Shown piece by piece: positions 9,701 to 16,418 of a stretch of DNA of 46,695 nt. Location: the IMG/VR virus record IMGVR_UViG_3300050145_000015, positions 1 through 46,695 of that record, one strand, 5' to 3'. The notes under the pieces are model-generated. The model did not search any database. It was not told the DNA's origin and saw nothing but the letters and a program-made list of their open reading frames with translations. Source of the DNA: a virus. Taxonomy: Duplodnaviria > Caudoviricetes. The stretch's first letter is position 1. Each line of letters starts with the position of its first letter. The position numbers and the translations under genes are program-made.

Positions 9701-12700
9701 ATGTACCAGGACTTCAGGTAGGGCTTGGCGCCTTCGCCCAAGTCGTCGACCATGGCGCGGGCATAGGCTGCGAAGCTGCGGGCACCCTTTTCGATGTGAT
9801 AGCCGGCCAGCGTCAGACCGTCCATCAGCATTTCGGGGTCAATGCCCGACTGGGCGCGGCCCAGCTTTGCCTTCAGGCGGGCGCGAGCTGCTGCGGCTGC
9901 GTCTTCGGTGAAGATGGTGTTGGCCGATGGGATCGGCTTGGCCTTCTCGCTCTCAGGCGCAAACATATCCCCCATGCCCGACATCTGCTGATCGGCCGAC
10001 TGGCCCAGCTGGAAGTCGTCAACGGTCGAATCGGCGCGGGCCTTGTCGTCGCGGGCCTCGGCTTCGCGGCGCAGGCGCTCCTGATCGGCGGCCTTCTTGG
10101 CCTTTTCGGCGCTGGTGGCGGCCTCTTCGCGTTCGGTCTTGGCCTTGAGGTCTTCAGGCGTCTGGGCCTGGAGGGTCAGGCCTTCACTTTGCCCTGCTTG
10201 GTCCCGTTGAGCATCTGCGCGCGATCCTCGGGCGTCACGTCCAGATCCACCGGCAGGCCGCGCTTTTGCGCCTCCAGATCCATCAGGCGCTTGCGCTTGG
10301 CTGCTGGCAGCTTGGCCAGCTTGACCAAGGCTTGCTTCTCCAGGGAACTCGGTGGCGATTTCATCGGCAATCTCCTGTTCGGTAAAGCCCATGTCGCGCA
10401 TGAAGGAGCGCACGGCTTCAGGCGTGTTCACGGTCGGGGCGGTGGCCACATCCGGAATGCGGTCATCACTCAATGCGGACAACTCTTCGGGGCTCAGGCC
10501 TGCCTCGGCCATGATCGCCTCGCGCTCGGCGTCGGCTTCGGCCTGGCTTTCGGCGTCCAGCTGTTGCTGCTCTTGCTGGTACTGGGCTTGGCGGTCATTG
10601 TAGTCAGCCTCAGCCTTGCGCATTGCCCCCACACTGGTGAGGCGGGGTGCACCACCCATCTCGTCATAGATGGCCGCCTCGAAGGTGGCGCGGCGCTCGT
10701 CCTCGGGCACGCCGTCAAAGTAGCCAGCTTCGGCCAGCGACTCCAGGGCGGTGTCCAAGTCCATGCCGCCCTTCTTGCGGAATGGGTAGGCTTTGAGTGA
10801 CCCGGCTTGCACGGTGTGGGCCAGCTCTTCGGGCTTCAAGCCAAACTCACCAGCCACAGAGTCGCGCCGGATGCCGCCCATCTTGGCCAAGGCCTGCAGC
10901 ATGGTGTCGTTCTCTGGGTCCAGGCTCAGGCGAGCCTTGGCGCGCGCTGCGGCCTTTTGCGCATTGATGGCCTTGCCCACGTGCGAAATGTCACCCAGCG
11001 GCTTGCGCTTCTTGCCGTCCTTCACCCAGGTCTTGAAGGTGTCCATGGGCAATTCAGTGATGGCGCCCATGCCTTTCCAGCCCTTGGCGTAATTGGCCCG
11101 GTAGATCTCTTGGGCTTGCTCGATGCTGTCGGCGCCCAGCACCACCTTGTGCTCATCAAACTTGCCGGTCTTGGGGTCCACCTGGTCAATCACGAAGGCG
11201 CGCGACTCATCAAGGCTTTGGCCCACGAACACGTCGACATGGTCCTTGTCAGCGCCCACGGTGCCCTTGATGTAGCCGTAGTGATGCGCCATGGTGGTTT
11301 CCCACTTGGCGCCATCGGAGTCCACGCCGCTGCGCTTGGATCCGCGCGGGTTCTCGATGGACAGATCCAGGCCTGCAAACTTGCCGTGACCTTTGGTGTA
11401 GTTGCCCGCATCCTTCTGGGCCTGCGTTGGCTCGGGCAGGTCGTTCGCTGGACTGGTGGCGGCCATGTTGGCGGCCTCGTCGATGGGGCGCAGTGCAGCC
11501 GGCGCCTGAGCTCCGGCAGTAACGTCGCCAGCTCCGGTATCAGCGCCTTGAGCTTCGGTAGCAGGCTCATCGGCCAGGCCGGTGGCGTCCTCGGTGCTCA
11601 CCTGCACGGGACCATCGAACACACCCAGCACGTCGGGGTCGACCTTGGCGCCAAATAGGCCTTTGCTCTCGTAGGCGGCTGCGATTCGCTTGAAAAAGCC
11701 ACCCAGCTCGGTGGCAGGCTTGCCGTCAGCGGCCTCGATAGCGCGTTCCACCGCCCTCTTGGGTAGGCCGAAGTGCGCACCCAGGTCTCGGAACATGCCA
11801 GCGAAGCGATCACGCATCACGGTCGGCGTGTCTTCGGTCGTGGGCGGGGTGGTCAAGAAGCCCTTGGACTTGGCCAACTCGAAGGGGTCCATGGCTGGGG
11901 CAGGCTTGCGCTCGGCAGCCTGGGCCACACCCTTGACGATTCCGGCACCACCACCCATCAGCAGCGACTGGCCCAGGGTCACCTTTGCCGTGTTGACCAC
12001 GTCATCCAGGTAATCACTCAAGGTCATGTCGGGGCGCGTGCCGCCGCGGCCAGCCTTGTCATAGGCGGCCTGCAGCGCCGTGGTGGCCTGCTCACCCACC
12101 TGCTCCTTGATCAGCAGCTCGGACAGCAAGAGGCCCAGCTCTTTTGTGCTGGCCTTGCCGGCGGCTTTGGCGAACAGGTCGCCGATCACGGGCAGGCTCA
12201 GGCGCTCGCCCAGAATCTCGGCTGTGCCGTGCCACAGTGCGCGCTCGGCAGCTTCGTCAGGCGCCTTGCCTTGGTTGCGTGCCTCGTTGTATGACTGTGC
12301 GGCAGACATGCCGCCCATGGCGCCCAGCGCCCTGGCGCCGGTACCGAAGCCCAACATGATGGGCACGTTGGCGAACGTCGATTCAAAGATCTGCTGCGTG
12401 AGCGAGTTGGGGTCTTTGGCCGCAATGCTGCGCTGCGCGTCGCTCGATGCCTCAGCAGCATTGGCTGCCACGCTCGACAGATCGGAGTCAGGCCCTGCGG
12501 TCAGGTCAGAGGCCGCACGGATGCCGGACCATGCGGCGCCGGAAATGCCCTCGATGCCTCGCACCGCGCCACGGGCTGCGTCGCCAGCAGTCTCCAGCGC
12601 AGCGCCACCCAAAGAGTTGTCCAGGGGCTTGCGGTTGGTCGTGTCCAAGACGCGGGGCAGCATGCCGCGATCAGGCGCGGCCTTGAGATCTGGTGCAGCG

Positions 12701-13173
12701 TTGCGGCGTGCTTGGATCACCTGGTTCTGGCGCACTCGCTCTTGAGCCTGCGGCGCCATGGAGTCCCATGCGGCATTGCCGCGCGCATCGTCCGGCGTGA
12801 TCGGCAGGTTTGCCGGGGCAGGGCGCTGGAGTTGCTCACCCAGGCTCGGCGTTGCTGGTGCTGCTGTGCTGGTGATGGCTTGGCCCAAGCCTGAGCCCAT
12901 GGGGTCAGATCCCGAATCGTCGATCGCCTCGCCAGTGCTGCCCCCTTGAAAGAGGCTGCCCACCATGTTCAGCGCACCCTTGGCGCTCTCAGCCATGCCA
13001 CCCAGGCTGAGCGTCTTGGCTTGGTTGAGTCGCGGCGCTTGAGCCTTGGCTGCCGGCGCTGGCGCTGGTGCACTGGCCTTGGCCAGGTCATCGAACGGCC
13101 CAAAGCCGTTGTCTTTGTCGCTGGGCGCATCGCCCGCCAGGTCTTCAAAGGGGCCGTAGTCTTTGCTGCTCAT
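760..13173 (-). CDS. giant DarB-like polyvalent virion (ejection) protein, 4137 aa: inorganic pyrophosphatase-like domain, SF2 (strawberry-notch-type) helicase, N6-adenine DNA methyltransferase, QEVQSDW domain, zincin-like metallopeptidase, C-terminal LPD38-like domain
   Basis: HYGYIKGT/DKDHVD (~11240-11285); GTGTGKT (~9025-9045); DEAH (~8780); SAT; EGISLHD; QEGRIYR; EPSGGHG (~7060-7080); NPPF (6889-6900); HEVYGH (~3980-3996); IPKPFELG (~1565-1590); last gene of the virion operon. Confidence 0.92.
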   Translation of the reverse strand: MSSKDYGPFEDLAGDAPSDKDNGFGPFDDLAKASAPAPAPAAKAQAPRLNQAKTLSLGGMAESAKGALNMVGSLFQGGSTGEAIDDSGSDPMGSGLGQAITSTAAPATPSLGEQLQRPAPANLPITPDDARGNAAWDSMAPQAQERVRQNQVIQARRNAAPDLKAAPDRGMLPRVLDTTNRKPLDNSLGGAALETAGDAARGAVRGIEGISGAAWSGIRAASDLTAGPDSDLSSVAANAAEASSDAQRSIAAKDPNSLTQQIFESTFANVPIMLGFGTGARALGAMGGMSAAQSYNEARNQGKAPDEAAERALWHGTAEILGERLSLPVIGDLFAKAAGKASTKELGLLLSELLIKEQVGEQATTALQAAYDKAGRGGTRPDMTLSDYLDDVVNTAKVTLGQSLLMGGGAGIVKGVAQAAERKPAPAMDPFELAKSKGFLTTPPTTEDTPTVMRDRFAGMFRDLGAHFGLPKRAVERAIEAADGKPATELGGFFKRIAAAYESKGLFGAKVDPDVLGVFDGPVQVSTEDATGLADEPATEAQGADTGAGDVTAGAQAPAALRPIDEAANMAATSPANDLPEPTQAQKDAGNYTKGHGKFAGLDLSIENPRGSKRSGVDSDGAKWETTMAHHYGYIKGTVGADKDHVDVFVGQSLDESRAFVIDQVDPKTGKFDEHKVVLGADSIEQAQEIYRANYAKGWKGMGAITELPMDTFKTWVKDGKKRKPLGDISHVGKAINAQKAAARAKARLSLDPENDTMLQALAKMGGIRRDSVAGEFGLKPEELAHTVQAGSLKAYPFRKKGGMDLDTALESLAEAGYFDGVPEDERRATFEAAIYDEMGGAPRLTSVGAMRKAEADYNDRQAQYQQEQQQLDAESQAEADAEREAIMAEAGLSPEELSALSDDRIPDVATAPTVNTPEAVRSFMRDMGFTEQEIADEIATEFPGEASLGQAGQAASSQAQAPDGSGGAKARPAGGSGRDARGSRADAQRDQAGQSEGLTLQAQTPEDLKAKTEREEAATSAEKAKKAADQERLRREAEARDDKARADSTVDDFQLGQSADQQMSGMGDMFAPESEKAKPIPSANTIFTEDAAAAARARLKAKLGRAQSGIDPEMLMDGLTLAGYHIEKGARSFAAYARAMVDDLGEGAKPYLKSWYMGVKYDPRAAAFDGMSSAGEVESTDLDTIADNAAEKEDSNVPSARNDLEPDRQDPAGSKRVLAQPDGNEPGQADAGAGKAGKRSGGQGGGRSGDSGVSAGGAPAARDGGDQPVRGSTSKSGPSLVPAGADLDQRGGGFGDRGIPVETVSADATRGASQDGLAQGLSNRAQRTAPTAVKLGDTANIRETLPLLLPGQQEDVQKAETRFAKPDGYGMLFTNGTGTGKTFTGLGVVKRFALQGKTNTIMVVPSDKIMEDWISSGKRLGLDITPLASTKDAGRGVVITTYANFGDNRVLGDREWDLVVHDEAHYLMQAEDGKPTAALATLRAITKHPDGAYTLHSMRNRVDIDRLKQINTMLKDIEDNGKTSAAYRQEVAAHKAELEADRNKLNTKVNAAQDAIKAEVEEAQGASRPRATFLSATPFAYVPTVDWANGYLMEYDEGRGDESNTFRGYNEGSNREQFFMQHFGMRMRYNKLTKPDAKVNTSLMERQFNTWLRTSGALSGRMLDVHADYDRRFVLVESAIGLRIDEALNWVYDQAHGDKEAGREPHRGFDTLGDVLRKKFDYLSRRYLLEAIKAQESIAHVKAHMAMGRKVVVFHDYKKGGGFNPFDIQSMSEGGDDSVSAEKVALANEAISMFRREFRDLVRYPFAAMPSPIEAYQQAFPGVLLFNGDVKPADRRANVAKFQDDATGPTVILVQSAAGKEGISLHDTTGKHQRALLNLGQPTQPTTAIQQEGRIYRTGQKTDAIFRYFNTGTNWEKWAFATTISTRSSTAENLGMGELARALKDAFIAAFEESDAYPAGHEGEGKGGKERDKAANEALTEFDRAVSFYYGTQKKNSKTKAAEGADYFATPEPLGLKMVEWLDSHAGDHLLEPSGGHGAIARWMPENTERTVIEPSSTLRPRLAMVFDGKIIGSDFEDLHISNKFDGIVMNPPFGMGGKLAVEHLAKAAGHLREGGRIVALIPTGPAADKRFDKWFYEEEAKPAKALIDHPELGKIYRGDTITIKAFGAQSEMVVHNIDTPTKGGASYARPKGADLSSAINLNAVTQVKPTGKRTETFHPAEGLHLVADIKLPQVTFERAGTSVATRIVVIEKPAEGQRAPEQRTRDWTGIDDINDFFARIRDADLPKRAKPVPAEGEASADPGADVAQAVKQDGRQAAKAQKAEQAQQGTALAEGKGWPIIEHTTGKGKVLKGVVRKDLSQAQAKEFDAYTFKKDGGWFIRAEHVPKMVDASSEGGPNFSIAIDDTPPFYSELARRVDKSPMAQGLPAAWLQYLDALAKRGAIKADEVEWTGLRDWLGLQQGKVKREQVAEFVRANGVQVQEVMLGNPGDIVARMNRVLEGTGWEADHGDEAVYFTDGEDGYDLDELPDDIKAIVEPMASEIVNPTKFGDYAIPGGENYRELLLKLPAGKTVTKQVEATKGPFEARESAGKWYIVDRNGEWGEQGFSTREQAEAAFPSPVLVQNKVIDGPDYRSKHWEEPNVLAHVRIDDRTDADGKRVLFVQEVQSDWGQEGKKKGFANTFPNEVLQAAIKGGMSEAQARTDINRLMKDPLGDDGTSTHDNWSRLIKATNGSGIDLNEVFHDRRESGVPSAPFVTKTDAWVSLAIKRIIKMAADGGYDRVAFITGQQAADQFDLSKQISRVEYTDKGVLIATDLEGKEALRQEVPEDKVEDYIGKEAARKLLDATPQRDPGRGDINAKTRRIDGDGLKVGGEGMRTFYDQIVPKVAKDVLKKVGGDGLTKMDLSSTHVDLSGEKQNAFDITPAMREKAAGGLPLFSSDTRPSLASLGIVPIGGAVDGSVRSSVPGKLDTVDALDERAIGKVNLERIARDLQDGWRGVTGGQIIAVDTWRDLPQKIVQDALTKRFNLSGIEGVEFQGKVYLVGAAIKSREQAERVVFHEVYGHLGLKGALGGSPEARLTELWSNMNGLAGVAKLAKKYEAQAGKTVWDRLQPYIKQTEGKPADVRRSTIMNELIAFLAQGNDTSALTQFKGYLSDLKAEVVKLLRKLNLITLATKLDRTGTELDVLALVRDARNAIISGKTAKGEPFRFVTGGAPMGAAQAFSKQEDDASNFSIQPDDDLTKAMRKAGLKQPKGLVQSVRDYVTEKTRDAIEMIQQRNTLAADAFLNFRQGALDQFTGIDNAIRRDVGNLPHEQDPYIAARLANGGTSAVMRGLLMHGKAKWANNGQHLEKIDGSKGLLQILEPLGDDVNNWFGWMVGNRAARLMNEGRENNFTAEEIAALQDLAGPPGSPKRALFNKVGVQYADFKRSVLDVAQGAGLIDAEARKVWDHADYIPFYRQIDERAAFSPTGRKGLAGQSSGIRTLKGGTSALNDPMENLLMNFSRLIDASLKNNALRKTVDVLTAADSEAISKVGYDMKAAIVPRSQIEKALEQSGVPEQIMAIFPPELFDGMAKMWAIQQPADKDVIRVMRGGKPEFYKVHDPLLLRAATSFVPLDFRGLAAARWFKRVLTQTITSTPEFMARNFIRDSLASQMISRDRFNPAAALKGIKDSYKGTGASEAMLFAGASFQSGNVDSADPTATARAMRRALRKRGMDASSINSFLGSVVDKGLLGWERYRELGEAVENANREAAYKASSTAQKSPTTAAYEAKDLMDFNLRGSSPLYQVMADTLPFFNARIQGLYRLGRADPKRLARYGMVMMAASLALAAVNAGEDWYEELPDWDKDTYWHIKIAGQHFRIPKPFELGVVFATLPERLLVRTFMGLDSGNKTLSRLWANVRDQLAMDVVPQMIRPGLNVWANKDTFRDSPIETPTDEGKLPSLRYDGRTSATMKALTAAAPGVADALGASPKRLEYLVNGYFGTVGSYALGLSDLAVRSMSDAPPSAALRADDLPVVKSFYRLDPARGTVYESDLYNMREEVDTIYRSVNALRKEGDDERADAKEADDIDKLAAREVITTATKRLAELNKRRNAIYADRDMTRAEKRQALDEIQVERNEVAKNAMTNDAVKAANR
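9207..9584 (-). CDS. nested +1-frame gene inside the giant gene (125 aa, MYQVPAMIWNQIAKT...), function unknown
   Basis: AAGGAAG-6nt-ATG; hand count 102/125 codons end in G/C; globular helical composition, while the host frame reads as a G/A/S/D/R-rich linker. Confidence 0.7.
   Translation of the reverse strand: MYQVPAMIWNQIAKTQPVQSAYWRSLMEMSQDKLTQALAKLESDLAAKGADAQVIRGYLLVAPLLRETVAISRFVEAQASPDLRSCLPELTSINEAVGLATEEFRLRPSQQTRLAGLLKTDWHKA
10176..10364 (-). CDS. nested +1-frame gene inside the giant gene (62 aa, MKSPPSSLEKQALVKLAKL...), function unknown
   Basis: AGGAG-7nt-ATG; hand count 51/62 codons end in G/C versus about 24/62 in the host frame; basic amphipathic helices. Confidence 0.65.
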   Translation of the reverse strand: MKSPPSSLEKQALVKLAKLPAAKRKRLMDLEAQKRGLPVDLDVTPEDRAQMLNGTKQGKVKA

Positions 13174-14429
13174 CAGAAGTCTTTCCCAGTCAGTGCCTTG
13201 AAGCGGGCCTTGATTTCCTTGGCCTTGGCGGGGTTGGCTCGCGCGGCTGCCTCAGCCTGGGCGCGCAGCTGCAGGATCTTGTTGGGGGCGCTGGTCGGCG
13301 TGTCGGCGCCAGTGGCCTTGTCTTTGCCCTTGGCGACGGGCTTGTATTCGCCCTGGCCATCGCGCTCCACCAGGGTTGCGTCTGCACCCAGCACAATCGG
13401 CTTGGTGCGCTCGGTGGCGCGGCGCTCACCTTCGGTCACTCGGGTCGATGCAATGTCGCCCGCGGTGCGTGCTGCCACCGTGCGGCGCTGGTCTTCACCA
13501 TCCACCTTGATTTCTTCGAGCTTGAGGCCGTGCTTCTGGCGGTTCGTCTCGCGCACGGCGCCCTGCTTGCCTTCTTCGGCTTGGATAGCTGCGCTGGCCT
13601 TCAGGCGCGCCAGCAAGGCAGGCGCCTCCACATCCTTGATCACGGCGGATGGGTCGCGCGCCATCATGCGCATGCGGTCAAACTGCTGGGCGCTGACTGT
13701 GTTGGTGGCTTCCTCTCCGGTGTCGTCGTTGCGCACCTTGAAGTTCCATCCCATTGAGCCGTCCATGCCCTTGATGGGATCGGCCGCCACCAGGGTCTTG
13801 CCATCGTCGACCAGGGGGTAAACCACCTTGGCCCACTCCATCGGGTCACCCGTCACGGCAAAGCGTTTTTCAGCGTCATCGAGGCGCTCGCTGCGGATCT
13901 CGCCACGCAGCTTGGCCTCTTGCGCCCAGTCTGGCATCCAGGCCTTGGGGTCAACACCTGCCTTCATGAGGTGCCCGCGACGCGCCTTCATGCCCGCCAG
14001 GATAGCCTCACGGTCATCGTTGTCTGTGGCCTGCTTGGTCACGGTCTGCTGCGCCGGCGCCTGAGCACCGCCCAGGGTCAGCGACTGGCCCAGGCCTTGC
14101 GCCGCATTGGGATCCATGCCGCCCATTTGCTGCGGCGCTGCCACCTGGTCACCCAGGGATGGCGCAGCGCCCAGGCTCACGGCGCCATTCAGGCCCAGCT
14201 GGGAGGCCTGGCCAAAGCCCGGCTGAGCATCCATGTCGCCTGCTGTCATGCGGGTGGACTGTGTCGCCCCTTTGATGGCGGACTGGTAAGCCTCGCTGCC
14301 TGCCTTGTTGGCTTCATCGAGTTGCTTTTCCAGTGCATTGGCGCGGTCCATTTCCTTCTTCTTCTGCATGAGCCCGGCGATGTTTGACACCGCGCTCAAC
14401 CCAGAATTGAGGCCTTCTGCGAAACCCAT
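13173..14429 (-). CDS. putative internal virion/ejection protein (418 aa)
   Basis: MGFAEGLNSGL N-terminus, Ala/Gln/Gly-rich and helical; TGATG coupling to the giant gene; position in the ejection cluster. Confidence 0.7.
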   Translation of the reverse strand: MGFAEGLNSGLSAVSNIAGLMQKKKEMDRANALEKQLDEANKAGSEAYQSAIKGATQSTRMTAGDMDAQPGFGQASQLGLNGAVSLGAAPSLGDQVAAPQQMGGMDPNAAQGLGQSLTLGGAQAPAQQTVTKQATDNDDREAILAGMKARRGHLMKAGVDPKAWMPDWAQEAKLRGEIRSERLDDAEKRFAVTGDPMEWAKVVYPLVDDGKTLVAADPIKGMDGSMGWNFKVRNDDTGEEATNTVSAQQFDRMRMMARDPSAVIKDVEAPALLARLKASAAIQAEEGKQGAVRETNRQKHGLKLEEIKVDGEDQRRTVAARTAGDIASTRVTEGERRATERTKPIVLGADATLVERDGQGEYKPVAKGKDKATGADTPTSAPNKILQLRAQAEAAARANPAKAKEIKARFKALTGKDF

Positions 14430-14445
14430 GGTGTGGCCTTTCGTT

Positions 14446-15549
14446 TTAGATGGGCAGCGCTGACAGCATGAGCTGCTCGGAGCGCGGTGCCTTGCTCACC
14501 TTGCGGCGGGCGTTGTCCTTGGCCAGGGCCTGCACAGCAGCGCGCAGGGTGCCCAGCTCGGTGGCGATGTCCAGGGTCTGACCGTCTCCCACCCCGGTGC
14601 TTGCGGCCACGTCTTCGGCCATGGGCCCCAGGCGCAGGCGGTCATCGCCTTCGCCCTCCTTGTAGCGCCAGGCCTTGACGGGCGTGGTGATGACAGATGA
14701 CAGAGCGGCCTCGGGGTCAACGTCGCCCTCGACGTTTTTGGCCTTGGATGACGACAGCAGAAGGGCGCCAGCACCAATGCCTGCCCCGGCGAGGCTTCCG
14801 ACAAGCTGCGAATTGGCGGCATTGGCCTGCTGCTGCACGTTGGCCGCACCAAGCAACAGGTTGCCGCCTGAGCTGGTCGCACCAACAGACCCGCCATAGA
14901 ACCCCTGTGCAGGCGCATAGGTCGTGTTGATTGCCTGCTGCTGGCTGCCAATTTGCCCGGTGGCCTGGCCGCCAGCACTGAGCGCAAGCTGGGCGCTCTG
15001 CAGCCCGGTGCTGGGCATGTTGCGGCCGAACTTGGCAGCGTTGTCCACCAGGCCGATGCCCGCCTGCTCGACTGCACGGCGTGCGGTACCGGATGCGCCG
15101 GCCGACATCTTGGCAACTGACAGGCCAGCACCAGCTTGCAGGGCCAGGGCCTTGCCGCCGGTCAACGTCATGCCGGTGCGGCCGATGTCGCGCTGCAATG
15201 CATCTTGCTGGCCCGCGACAGACTGGGCCACATCGGCGCGCGCTGCAGCGGCCTCAGCCTCGCGGCGCTGGGGCGTGTCGAAGTTCGCCGCCGTTTCGGC
15301 CATCTTGGATTCAAGCGGCGCGAAGGTGGTGCGGTAGCGGTCCCACTGGTCAGCGCTTTGCGCGCTCGCTTGGGTCTGAGAATCCAGTGATGACTGGATC
15401 AGCTGCTTGTAGAGGGGGTCAAATTCAGCTTGCCGGGCATCGGCCTTGGTCATCTGCTCGCGGGCCAGGGCGAGTTGCTCGCGGCCCACTTCGGCGTTTT
15501 GGACTGCGGCGGCGTTCACGCCACTCATGTCTGGCGCATCACTGCACAT
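14446..15549 (-). CDS. putative ejection protein with a C-terminal peptidase S74-like (intramolecular chaperone) domain (367 aa)
   Basis: MCSDAPD N-terminus, coiled coil, Gly/Ala hydrophobic stretch, then SSSKAK...WRYK...GPMAEDV...AAVQAL. Confidence 0.75.
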   Translation of the reverse strand: MCSDAPDMSGVNAAAVQNAEVGREQLALAREQMTKADARQAEFDPLYKQLIQSSLDSQTQASAQSADQWDRYRTTFAPLESKMAETAANFDTPQRREAEAAAARADVAQSVAGQQDALQRDIGRTGMTLTGGKALALQAGAGLSVAKMSAGASGTARRAVEQAGIGLVDNAAKFGRNMPSTGLQSAQLALSAGGQATGQIGSQQQAINTTYAPAQGFYGGSVGATSSGGNLLLGAANVQQQANAANSQLVGSLAGAGIGAGALLLSSSKAKNVEGDVDPEAALSSVITTPVKAWRYKEGEGDDRLRLGPMAEDVAASTGVGDGQTLDIATELGTLRAAVQALAKDNARRKVSKAPRSEQLMLSALPI

Positions 15550-16168
15550 GGGGGTGCTCCTTTGGGGGAAACATCTTCACGAAGCCGGTGCTGACAGCCG
15601 TGTAGCCCATACGACGCATGAGCACACTGGCGTTGTTGACCAGCTTGGAATCGGCGCGGATCTCTTGTGCGCCTAGGTGGTCCACCAGCACGCTTTCGGC
15701 GTAGCGCAGCAAGTGCATGGACAAAAAGCCACCGCGGTGTGCGGGGGCGATGTACAGCGTGTCCTCTTGGGCGAACAGCGTGCCGGTGTGGCGAGACATG
15801 CCCAGGTACATGCGCAGGTTGCCAATGAGCGCCATGTCGCGCAAATCGCGCACCGTGAACTGAATCAGGCGCCCGGCACGCTCATCGGCCAGCATCGCGG
15901 CATAGTCAGGGTTCAGCTCAATGCCGTGCCGGTGCTTTTCCGTCTCCAGCCAGTGCTCGCAGTGCATCGCATGGAGCTCAGCCTGGATGTCCTTGAGGCG
16001 CTCCACCTGGATGACGTAGTCGCCCACCACCATGGCTGCGAAGCGCTTGGGGTCGTGCGCCAGATCCTCATTGCCGGTGGCAATGAACTCGATCCGACCG
16101 GCCAGCTCGGGCGTGAGCTGCTGGCCCATGAAAGCTGAAAGCGCCACGCGCAAGAGGTGCAGGTCCAT
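15539..16168 (-). CDS. GNAT-family acetyltransferase-like virion assembly protein (209 aa)
   Basis: LYIAPAHRGG (motif A-like) and NNAS..MRRMGY (motif B-like); sits before the ejection genes as in many podoviruses. Confidence 0.75.
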   Translation of the reverse strand: MDLHLLRVALSAFMGQQLTPELAGRIEFIATGNEDLAHDPKRFAAMVVGDYVIQVERLKDIQAELHAMHCEHWLETEKHRHGIELNPDYAAMLADERAGRLIQFTVRDLRDMALIGNLRMYLGMSRHTGTLFAQEDTLYIAPAHRGGFLSMHLLRYAESVLVDHLGAQEIRADSKLVNNASVLMRRMGYTAVSTGFVKMFPPKEHPHVQ

Positions 16169-16202
16169 CCGCGCACGGTAGGGTGCACGCCCGGATATTC
16201 GT

Positions 16203-16418
16203 TCAGCGCAAAGGCTCGCCCTCGTCGCGCTCTATGCTCCGGTCGCAGTGTCCTGGGTCCAGCCTGTCCAGCAGGCCGCACAGCACGCACCCCCAGCGAC
16301 GCCCCTTCTTGGCGGCCTTGCCTGCCCGGCTTGAGACCGTCTCGTCCGGGTATCCCGCCAGGATGGTGTTCACCAATTGATCCAGCGCAATCAGCAGGTT
16401 CCAGACGTAGCGCTTCAC
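16203..16418 (-). CDS. conserved small phage protein (DQLxN...DETxSSR...HC type, 71 aa)
   Basis: Motif LDQLVNTILAGYPDETVSSR...GHC, recalled as common beside tail-fibre genes. Confidence 0.75.
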   Translation of the reverse strand: MKRYVWNLLIALDQLVNTILAGYPDETVSSRAGKAAKKGRRWGCVLCGLLDRLDPGHCDRSIERDEGEPLR

